In this document: piece after piece, positions 45,682 through 53,952 of the stretch
Layout: each line of letters starts with the position of its first letter
How positions within the stretch are numbered: position 1 is the first letter of the stretch
Origin: a virus
Taxonomy: Duplodnaviria > Caudoviricetes
DNA: 64,000 nucleotides
Reading direction: 5' to 3' (one strand)
Virus record (IMG/VR): IMGVR_UViG_3300010352_000625
Location: 96,001-160,000 of that record
The notes under the pieces: generated by a model
What the model saw: the letters and a program-made list of their open reading frames with translations, nothing else
What the model was told of the DNA's origin: nothing
Database searches by the model: none
Program-made: the position numbers and the translations under genes

Positions 45682-45751
45682 TGGCAGTCGAATGAAGATT
45701 CGAACTCATTATAAATCGCACTTGATTGATAATCGATTACTACGACCCAAC
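45682..45751 (-). ncRNA. Y-RNA/tRNA hybrid (Y-type 5' end, T-arm, 3' CCA)
   Basis: UUGGGUCG-UAGUAAUCGA-UUAUC...GAGUUCGAAUCUU...UCGACUG-CCA. Confidence 0.6.
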
Positions 45752-45787
45752 TTATATTATTAACTTATATAAATTTAAAAATTAACT

Positions 45788-46005
45788 AACTTGGGATAAC
45801 TTCAATGAAGTTTTACAATCATTCAGGCGGGGGAGCCAGACCAACCCAAGTTTTTAAAGAACGCTGACATTATATAGAATGATTCATCTAGATAAGACTA
45901 TATAACATTTGATAGTATAGTACCCATAAACTTCTGAGGTCAGCTAACCCAGTACTCTATTATAATAACGATATCATAGCTATACCTACGATAGGATGAA
46001 AAACA
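45788..46005 (-). ncRNA. Unassigned structured RNA, copy 2
   Basis: See copy 1. Confidence 0.6.
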
Positions 46006-46198
46006 TCAATAATTCAATATAGCTGAGTATAGTACACAAAGGAAATGATTTGTAAAAATAAAATGATTGAATTTTTTCGCATTACATAATAATTTACTTT
46101 TTAATTTCTTTATTAATAAAAATAATATTTGATAAGTTTAAAAATTATTTAATATATTCTCTCAGCTATATTGAATTGTCAATGTTCATAATTATAAT

Positions 46199-46282
46199 TG
46201 GTGGGAGCGAAGGGAGTCGAACCCTCAAGCCTTGCGGCGAGACATTTTAAGTGTCTTATGTATACCATTCCATCACGCTCCC
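46199..46282 (-). tRNA. tRNA-Leu(TAA)
   Basis: Cloverleaf, long variable arm, CCA. Confidence 0.9.
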
Positions 46283-46372
46283 AATATATAATAAAGATTT
46301 ATGTGGGCTAACCAATTTTTGGTTTTACAGGATTTATTACCAAACCCACAAATTTAAGGAATTTAATTATTT

Positions 46373-46714
46373 TTATCCCCAGTATTTATCAGTTCCGTTA
46401 GCAACTACTCTTTTATAATTTTCACATGGGCAAATATTTTTAAGTGACAATGAGGAATTAATATAGCTTTTAAGAAATTTTTCGATATACAGATTACTTC
46501 TCTTATCAGCGTTCATTTTTTCAATAACTTGTTTAATCCAAGAAATTTTCTTTTCTTTAGTTATTGAAAAATCATGATTCAACCAAGATGTTATATTGCT
46601 TACAACATTTTTGTTTATTTCAGTTGATGCAAAATCGATTTTCTTAATAGCATCCCAATTACCGCTTTTAACAAACTTATTGTTTTCATCTCTAAAATTA
46701 AATCTGTAATTCAT
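46373..46714 (-). CDS. Hypothetical protein, first ORF after triple promoter
   Basis: 113 aa; GAGGAA RBS. Confidence 0.6.
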   Translation of the reverse strand: MNYRFNFRDENNKFVKSGNWDAIKKIDFASTEINKNVVSNITSWLNHDFSITKEKKISWIKQVIEKMNADKRSNLYIEKFLKSYINSSLSLKNICPCENYKRVVANGTDKYWG

Positions 46715-46837
46715 ATCAAATTCCTCCTCATTTCGATTTTTTGTTTGTTCTTGCTTGATATAAAGAGTATATCATGATATTGTTGGTTTGTCAAGTATTA
46801 ATTTAAAAATTAATTAAAAAATATTTTTTAATTAACT

Positions 46838-46994
46838 GAGAGTTTTAGTTGTTCTCAGCAACAAACATATTATATCATGTTTTTACTGTTTTGTCAAGTG
46901 TTAATTTTTGTTTATTTTTAATCTTTTTTCGTTTGAGAGTTTTAGTTGTTCTCAGCAACAAACATAGTATATCATAGTTTATATAATTTGTCAA
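46838..46994 (-). repeat. Tandem duplicated promoter plus leader unit
   Basis: tgagagttttagttgttctcagcaacaaacata.tatatcat...ttgtcaag occurs at 46838 and 46934. Confidence 0.8.
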
Positions 46995-47018
46995 GCACTT
47001 TATTTTTGTAGAGTTTTA

Positions 47019-47792
47019 TTAATTTTTTAAACTAAATTTAATATTCTTTTTTGCTTCTTCAATTCTATTTTGTGCTATATTAAAATAATTTTCATCTAAT
47101 TCAATACCTATAAAATTTCTGTTAGTATTAACGCAAGCTACGCCAGTTGTGCCAGAACCCATACAATTATCTAAAACCAAATCTTCTTCATTGGTATAGG
47201 TCTTAATTAGATATTCCATTAGTGCTACGGGTTTTTGTGTTGGATGAATGGTACTGCCCAATTTTTCTCTATTTATATTTAATATATCACAAGGGTATCT
47301 ATATCCAGTGTCTTCATAGGGCTTAATTGACAAAATAGGAGAATTAGATGCAACCACAGATTTAAACTTGGCATTTTTTTCACTTGGTTTATTTGTTACC
47401 TTTTTACCATTATGTTTAACCATTTGCGGATTATAAGTACATTGCTTTTTATAAAACACACATATATTTTCAGTTAGTTTTCCCACTCTCTTTTTTACTT
47501 GCATAAAATTAGTAGGTTTTTCTTTTACCCAATATATGTCATATTTGTAATCAGATTTATTACTTAATCTTAGTTCACTACTAAATGGCTCTGTTCCAAA
47601 AAGAATGATTGCACCTTTATCTTTAATCACTCTGTTGTATTGCTCCCATAACGGCTCAAAAGGAATTATGATATCCCATTTACATGCTGTAGTTCCGTAT
47701 GGTAAATCACATAAAATCATATCTATTGATTCATCAGAAATATCTTTCATTTTCTCTAGACAATCACCATGCATTAATCTAATCTCAGACAT
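47019..47792 (-). CDS. Beta-class N4/N6 DNA methyltransferase
   Basis: CDLPYG, HPTQKP, LDNCMGSG. Confidence 0.9.
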   Translation of the reverse strand: MSEIRLMHGDCLEKMKDISDESIDMILCDLPYGTTACKWDIIIPFEPLWEQYNRVIKDKGAIILFGTEPFSSELRLSNKSDYKYDIYWVKEKPTNFMQVKKRVGKLTENICVFYKKQCTYNPQMVKHNGKKVTNKPSEKNAKFKSVVASNSPILSIKPYEDTGYRYPCDILNINREKLGSTIHPTQKPVALMEYLIKTYTNEEDLVLDNCMGSGTTGVACVNTNRNFIGIELDENYFNIAQNRIEEAKKNIKFSLKN

Positions 47793-47800
47793 TACTTACC

Positions 47801-48553
47801 TCACTTAAATTTAATATTCTTTTTTGCTTCTTCAATTCTATCTTTAGCTATATTAAAATACTTTTCATCTAATTCAATACCGATAAAATTTCTGTTAGTA
47901 TTAACACAAGCTACCCCTGTACTACCTGAACCCATTGTAAAATCAAGAACTAGTTCATTTTCGTTAGTATAGATTTTTATTAGATATTCCATTAGTGTCA
48001 CTGGTTTTTGTGTTGGATGTAAATGACCCTTTCCACTTGGGTTTGAAAAGTTCAACAGACTATCTTGCCAACCAGTATGTGTGGTTTTATGTTCTGTTTT
48101 CCCTGCAACTCCTAGTCTGTGTTGTTCATCATTTCTTAATCTTGCTCTACCAGATTTTATTGGAGTATCAAGTTCTATAAGATTTTGTTGATTAAAAGTT
48201 GGTTGTTTTTCATAGAAAACAAGAATTTCCTCGTGTTTTCTCATGGGCATTTTTTTAGCGTTTTGAAAACCGCTTGATTTTGTTTTTATCCAAGAATAAT
48301 CATACTTAAACATCTTAATATTACTCATAATCAAAGCACTTGTAAAAGGCTGTGAACCGAATAAAACTATAGCCCCGTTAGGTTTAATAACTCTTTTCAA
48401 CTGCTCCCACATCGACTCAAAAGGAATAACACTATCCCATTTACACGCAGTTGTGCCATAAGGTGGGTCTGTTATAATGGCGTCAATTGATACATCAGGG
48501 ATATCTTTCATCTTATCAAGACAATCACCTTGTATCAATCTAACCTCAGACAT
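47801..48553 (-). CDS. Beta-class N4/N6 DNA methyltransferase (tandem paralog)
   Basis: TDPPYG, HPTQKP, LDFTMGSG. Confidence 0.9.
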   Translation of the reverse strand: MSEVRLIQGDCLDKMKDIPDVSIDAIITDPPYGTTACKWDSVIPFESMWEQLKRVIKPNGAIVLFGSQPFTSALIMSNIKMFKYDYSWIKTKSSGFQNAKKMPMRKHEEILVFYEKQPTFNQQNLIELDTPIKSGRARLRNDEQHRLGVAGKTEHKTTHTGWQDSLLNFSNPSGKGHLHPTQKPVTLMEYLIKIYTNENELVLDFTMGSGSTGVACVNTNRNFIGIELDEKYFNIAKDRIEEAKKNIKFK

Positions 48554-48584
48554 TACTTATCTACCTCACTATTAAATTTAATAT

Positions 48585-48659
48585 TGGAGCACCTTCCCCG
48601 AATTGAACGGGGATCTAATCCTTACCATGGATTTGTAATAACCTTTATACGAAAGATGC
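48585..48659 (-). tRNA. tRNA-Thr(GGT)
   Basis: Anticodon loop ATGGTAA; CCA. Confidence 0.8.
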
Positions 48660-48663
48660 TTAT

Positions 48664-48738
48664 CGGATCTGCATAGCTGATTCGAACAGCTGACTAATAC
48701 TTACGAGGTATTTGTTTTTCCAGTTAAACTAATGCAGA
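48664..48738 (-). tRNA. tRNA-Thr(CGT)
   Basis: Loop CTCGTAA; ends CCG rather than CCA. Confidence 0.7.
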
Positions 48739-48750
48739 ACATTAACTTAA

Positions 48751-48824
48751 TGGAGCCACTTGGAGGAATCAAACCCCCATCCGAGGTGTACAAAACCCCT
48801 ATAATGTCATTATACGAAAGTGGC
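48751..48824 (-). tRNA. tRNA-Thr(TGT)
   Basis: Loop TTTGTAC; CCA. Confidence 0.8.
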
Positions 48825-48835
48825 AAAAATTTTAA

Positions 48836-48911
48836 TGGCACCAGAGGCTGGATTCAAACCAACATTTCTCAAATTTGGAGTTTGATAGTTTTTCATTTAA
48901 CTTACTCTGGC
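48836..48911 (-). tRNA. tRNA-Trp(CCA)
   Basis: Loop CTCCAAA; CCA. Confidence 0.75.
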
Positions 48912-48929
48912 ACATAATTTGAATACATT

Positions 48930-49004
48930 TGGAGAGGATAACCAGAATCGAACTGGCACTCATAATTTGGAAGAATATGCGACTACCGATTATCTTATAT
49001 CCTC
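48930..49004 (-). tRNA. tRNA-Gly(TCC)
   Basis: Loop CTTCCAA; imperfect anticodon stem. Confidence 0.7.
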
Positions 49005-49346
49005 ATCATAAACAATTCTATCTAAATCTATTTTTTCTCTATGATTTTTTAGCATATCTCGGTATAATTCTTGTTGTCTTTCATCTAAATCTAACATTTT
49101 GTGATTTAAAAAATAAAATGTATTATTCTCATTCATTTAATATTTCACTCTCTTTTATTTAACCCAATTTTAAACACTTACGCCTATATATTCTATAGTG
49201 CTAAAAATAACCATTATGATACGCAAAGCGTTTATCTTTAATATTTACCTAGGATAGTTATTTTATCATTGTACGCCAGTATTTAGGAATCGAACCTCAA
49301 TAAGTGCATTGCTCTATAAAAATACATAGGCGTAAATATTTAATTA

Positions 49347-49420
49347 TGGAGCGGGTAGAGAGAATCAAACTCTCATCTACTGACAGGCAATCAGTCATAA
49401 TATCATTATACTATACCCGC
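49347..49420 (-). tRNA. tRNA-Gly(GCC)
   Basis: Loop TTGCCTG; CCA. Confidence 0.8.
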
Positions 49421-49427
49421 ATAAAAT

Positions 49428-49504
49428 TGGGAGCGGTGGTCAGACTTGAACTGACAATCAAATGGGTATGAGCCATTTCGCATTAACCATTAGCGTACAC
49501 CGCA
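49428..49504 (-). tRNA. tRNA with CAT anticodon (Met/fMet/Ile2)
   Basis: Loop CTCATAC; 1:72 mismatch. Confidence 0.75.
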
Positions 49505-49807
49505 ATAATTAATTATAATTTATATACATTAATATTACTTTCTTAATTATAAAATGATATTAACGCATAAAAAAATGTTGAAAATATAAAAATAAAAATT
49601 GCAATTATAAATTTATACCATATTAAAACGGTTGGTTCAAATAACAATAAAATACATGTTATAAATAATACACTAGATATTATAATAAATGCTAGCATTA
49701 AAAGTATTTTACCCCATGATATAAATATATCTTTCCATAATTTAAAAAACTTAATTATATCATTCATTAAAATTTATTTCTCCTTAGTTGAATGAATTAT
49801 TAAAAAA

Positions 49808-49998
49808 TGGGGTGAAGTGAACTAATTACAGTCTAAAGGCTGTAATCTTCCTGATTCATCGACTACAGATTTCATAGTCTCCACAGGCTTGAATTCCCTA
49901 GGTTCCCTAGGTATCTGTCTTAATATTAGTAAGGGAATTAAACCCTCGCCGTTCTGGTTCACAGCCAGACTGTACTTGTCAATTATACGAACAACACC
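49808..49998 (-). pseudogene. tRNA-His(GTG) interrupted in the 3' acceptor strand by mini-element C
   Basis: Removing 49817-49928 restores G-1...CCCTTAC|TTCAC-C-CCA; loop CTGTGAA. Confidence 0.8.
49817..49928 (-). mobile_element. IS200/IS605 mini-element copy C
   Basis: Inserted 3' of TTAC inside tRNA-His. Confidence 0.85.
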
Positions 49999-50009
49999 AT
50001 GTATTAAAT

Positions 50010-50083
50010 TGGCAGAGCTATGGGGAATCAAACCCCAGCCTAGTGATAGAAAGTCACTTGTGCTATCATTACACAATAGCTCC
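50010..50083 (-). tRNA. tRNA-Glu(TTC)
   Basis: Loop CTTTCTA; CCA. Confidence 0.8.
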
Positions 50084-51057
50084 ATAATAAATTTTTATTC
50101 TTCTATACTAAGTTTATAACGATATTGTTCTATATCTATAGATTCATTCAAAACAAACGAATCAGCTTTATTATTATCAAAACTTTTAAAATCAATAAAC
50201 ATATCCATATTCATTATATATACCTCAATATTTATTCTTCTATAACTCTAATTACATTAGTTAAATATATATTTTTCCTACAGGTTATTCTTTTGGATCA
50301 GTTAATGAAAAATCATCATTATCTATAAAATGATCGATAACCATTTTACATCTTTTTAAATCATTCACAACACTTTCTATCTCTTTGTATTCATAAGATG
50401 AGTTATCAACTCTAGGTTTTAAATCAATATCAAGAAAATGTCTTAAGCAATCTAATTGATTAACATACTCGCTAAGAACCTTTTTAACAAACTCAATTTG
50501 GCCTTCACTATCATATTCAGCTGAACTTAATATCACATCTAAGTCATTTGGTCCAATACTCATGTTATCATCTCTTTATTTTAAACAAGTTCCACAATAC
50601 TCACTTCCAAATGGCAATTTCACCATATTTCCATTTTCACGCAAAACTTTACCATTAACTTTAACACATACTGCTAACATTTCGTTATACCTCCCTTAAA
50701 TTCCCCATAGAATATTTGTTAGTTATATTCATATTTATATTATATTTTTCTGAATTATAAGGTAATTCTGTAACTAACTGATTATTCTCAATATTATCAA
50801 TAACAAATTCAACATCTTTAATATCGTTTATATTTTTAATATAATCACTTAATGATTCAATATCAGCAAATATATCATCCGAATATTCAGATTCATTATC
50901 AGATATATAACTCAATGTATCCGATAAACTATTAATTATACTAGTAGCTTCTGTGATATTACTTAAACTATTAATATGAGATTTAATTATATCTAACTGT
51001 TTCTGGCTTATCAAATATACTTTATCCATTCTTTCGTTCCTTCTTTCAACATATTAA

Positions 51058-51129
51058 TGGAGGGAAGTGAGAGAATTTAACTCTCCTTGTACCCTTTGCA
51101 GGGGTATTACATCAACAGATGAACTTCCC
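51058..51129 (-). tRNA. tRNA-Cys(GCA)
   Basis: Loop CTGCAAA; CCA. Confidence 0.75.
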
Positions 51130-51268
51130 ATTAATACTAGTATATCATATTATATATAATTTGTCAAGTGTTAATTCTAACTTGTGCTTAGGTTGAAGCA
51201 CAAGTTAGAAATATCAATTTTGTGACATCACGAAATTAACGTTAAGAGATATCATAAAGGTGTATCAA

Positions 51269-51895
51269 TTATTTCATATCAAATAAATAATAACCCTTTG
51301 CTTTAAAATATACTGCTGAAGCATAATTAGAAACTATAGGAGCATATACACAAGAAAAAATAAAATTCTTATTTTTAATTTTAGAATATATTTCTTCAAA
51401 TTCTTTATATGTTACATGTACAGCATTACCAATACTAAATTCTTCATCCTTTGATACAACATAAATCTCCTTACCATCACCATAAAGAATTGATTCTTGA
51501 TTATACTTATCTCTTAATTCAATCCCTAACTGTTTAAATTGTTCATTGTCTAAACTTTTACCATCCCAAGTTTTGTTAGGAATAAAATAAGAAATTTCTA
51601 CAACTTTAAGTTCATCTGGAGTACCAGCGTTTTCTGTCCAATGCCCTTCTAATTGAATAGCACCTAGATTATTTTCTTTAATATCAGATAGTAATTGTTT
51701 GTTTCTGATAATATTCTTATTTTTAGAATATTCTCCTCTAAATGCTGTTATTATAATAAAACTTATTCCACTTTGTACATGACTTATAATTCTAGATAAA
51801 CCAGCACTAGCTTCAATAACTTTAAAATTGTTACTATCAGATATGTTTGGTGAAGTTTGTTCAATGATACTATCAAATTTTTTAAATATATTCAT
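51269..51895 (-). CDS. DUF3293-like protein, paralog of 52956-53831
   Basis: LSRI..H...IITAFR...N..RN..L..DI...G.W.E...E.SY...YNQESIL. Confidence 0.5.
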   Translation of the reverse strand: MNIFKKFDSIIEQTSPNISDSNNFKVIEASAGLSRIISHVQSGISFIIITAFRGEYSKNKNIIRNKQLLSDIKENNLGAIQLEGHWTENAGTPDELKVVEISYFIPNKTWDGKSLDNEQFKQLGIELRDKYNQESILYGDGKEIYVVSKDEEFSIGNAVHVTYKEFEEIYSKIKNKNFIFSCVYAPIVSNYASAVYFKAKGYYLFDMK

Positions 51896-52166
51896 TTTAA
51901 AATCTCCTTATCTCTATTATATAATGTAAAAATCTTTTATTACTTTTATTAATTTCAATATTCAATATCTTATTATTATTTAATCGATTAATCATATCTT
52001 TGTATTCTTCAGTATCTTCGACAACTATCCTATGTCTACCATTAGTCATAGTATATTTAATACCATTATATTCTGGTGTATTAACAATTACAGATAAATT
52101 ATCTATGTTATCTAAAAATAATTCATAAAAATCTTTAAATAGTATAATATTATTCATCATTATTAT

Positions 52167-52598
52167 TTACTTTAATATAAAAAACCCAGCATCTTTTTTC
52201 CACTCAGGCCAGGAATCTATTTCATTTTGTATTTCTTTAAATCTACGTTCAGCTTCTTCTATTTCTTTTTTTCGTTCTTCTTTTATTTTATTAACTTTGT
52301 ATAAATATTGTATTCTATCTAATTCATCATTAGTACTAAAAGCAACTGTCCATTCATTTTCTTCATCTGTAGGTAATTCATCAAATTCATATTTAGGAGT
52401 TTCTATTTTATTATATTTAATAGTTGTGTTAACTATCTCTCTTACTCTACCGAGACCATCACAAAAATCACACTTAATAAAACGATAATCAACAAAACCA
52501 CTAAATGTTGATTCAGCTTTTTCCATTTTTAAATATCCTCTACCCTTACATTTAGGGCAAATTATAATTTCATCTGTGTTTTTGATTTTTTCATCCAT
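52167..52598 (-). CDS. DnaJ-type zinc-finger protein
   Basis: CPKCKGRG and CDFCDGLG repeats. Confidence 0.65.
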   Translation of the reverse strand: MDEKIKNTDEIIICPKCKGRGYLKMEKAESTFSGFVDYRFIKCDFCDGLGRVREIVNTTIKYNKIETPKYEFDELPTDEENEWTVAFSTNDELDRIQYLYKVNKIKEERKKEIEEAERRFKEIQNEIDSWPEWKKDAGFFILK

Positions 52599-52734
52599 TT
52601 CTCATTCTTCCTTATCTTCTACATATATAAATTTATGATATATAAATTTATGAATTAAATACACACAAAAACAATAAAAAAATCTTGAATAAAAAGTATC
52701 ATCAATATTAAAATAATTAAATATGGGTGCATAT

Positions 52735-52898
52735 GTGAACTAATTACAGTCTAAAGACTGTAATCTTCCTGATTCATCAACTACAAATTTCATAGTCTCC
52801 ACAGGCTTGAATTCCCTAGGTTCCCTAGGTATTTGATTTTTAATTATTTTTGACATTCATATTACCACCTAAAGACAGTAATCTTTCTGTCTATTTTT
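52735..52898 (-). mobile_element. IS200/IS605 mini-element copy D (164 bp) interrupting a 37-aa membrane ORF (52655-52932)
   Basis: Both ends present; left flank TTAC; excision restores the reading frame. Confidence 0.85.
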
Positions 52899-52955
52899 GT
52901 AAAATAACAAACCAATCTAAAAATATTTTCATATAATTTTATCTCCTAATTTAAA

Positions 52956-53831
52956 TTAATCATCTAATCTATACATTCCAGTTAAATTTTTAAACCATTT
53001 TTCAGATTTATCATAGTATATATTATAATTACTTTCAATTGTTTTATTTTTAAATAATGTATCGATAAATTCTGATTTATCTTTATTATTCATCACAAAA
53101 GCACTGTTTGATTTTTTATTTTTCTGACTATAACCAAATCCATAATTATCTTCATCAGCTATCTTTTTATATGCTACATATTTATCATGCACATTTTTAA
53201 TATTATCAGGAGTGCTAAAATGAATCTGTATAAAAGTATCAGCTAGACTTACATTAGAATCACCATCATTTATATATAATTCAAATTTTACACTACCATC
53301 AGTTGTTTTTTCTACAGCTTTACCAACAATTACTGCCATTTGATTATATTTAATACACCACTCAAAAGCTAATTTTTTAAATTCATCATAATTCATTATT
53401 TTATTGCCATGTCTGTTATAACCAAGTATCATAAAACTTATTTCTTCTGAAGCTGGTTCATAACCTATATCATTCTGTTTCTTATCTGACCAACTACCAG
53501 CTATTTTAACAAAAGATAAATCATTATTAATAATATCAACGACTAATCTTTTTCTCTGCAACTCATTCTGATTTCTGGTATTCTCACTTCGTTCAGCACT
53601 AATAAACATAACAGGTACACCAGAATAAATATGTTCAGCAATTCTAGACATATTAGCAGATAACAAAGATTTTTTAGCTATATAAATATTATCATCTTTA
53701 GTATCAGCAGTTATATTGTTAATAATAGTAAATCTAGAGTTATTAGCTAAATCGTCATTAAGTGATTTCAACTCTTTATATATATTTGCTGTTGCTATAG
53801 TAACATTTAAATTTTTAATGATATCACTCAT
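52956..53831 (-). CDS. Hypothetical protein, paralog of 51269-51895
   Basis: MSRIAEH...FISAER...N...L..DI...G.W...EISF...YNQ.AV. Confidence 0.55.
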   Translation of the reverse strand: MSDIIKNLNVTIATANIYKELKSLNDDLANNSRFTIINNITADTKDDNIYIAKKSLLSANMSRIAEHIYSGVPVMFISAERSENTRNQNELQRKRLVVDIINNDLSFVKIAGSWSDKKQNDIGYEPASEEISFMILGYNRHGNKIMNYDEFKKLAFEWCIKYNQMAVIVGKAVEKTTDGSVKFELYINDGDSNVSLADTFIQIHFSTPDNIKNVHDKYVAYKKIADEDNYGFGYSQKNKKSNSAFVMNNKDKSEFIDTLFKNKTIESNYNIYYDKSEKWFKNLTGMYRLDD

Positions 53832-53859
53832 TGAACAATCAACTCTCTATTTAAATTAT

Positions 53860-53946
53860 TGGTGGGCGTGACAGGACTTGAACCTGCAAGACCTTTCGGT
53901 CAGTAGCTTCTAAGACTACCGTGTATTCCAGTTCCACCACACACCC
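53860..53946 (-). tRNA. tRNA-Leu(TAG)
   Basis: Long variable arm; loop CTTAGAA; CCA. Confidence 0.88.
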
Positions 53947-53952
53947 ACATCA

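Noticed and set aside
45491-45721. 76-aa ORF in the RNA cluster
   Set aside because: It overlaps covarying RNA structure, and no equivalent ORF is listed for the second copy.
45515-46005. Assignment as HDV/theta, pistol or twister ribozyme, purine riboswitch, or group I intron
   Set aside because: Only fragmentary motif similarity (e.g. CCGUAAA, AUAUAGUC); the required core motifs were not found by eye.
44900-46200. CRISPR array explanation for the recurring gataa...cgaccca motif
   Set aside because: The motif is short, spacing is irregular, each unit folds end-to-end, and no cas genes are present.
48732-50119. Short ORFs overlapping tRNAs (48732, 48929, 49822, 49889; also 60426 and 62262)
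   Set aside because: Shadow frames of tRNA genes, the mini-element or the endonuclease gene.
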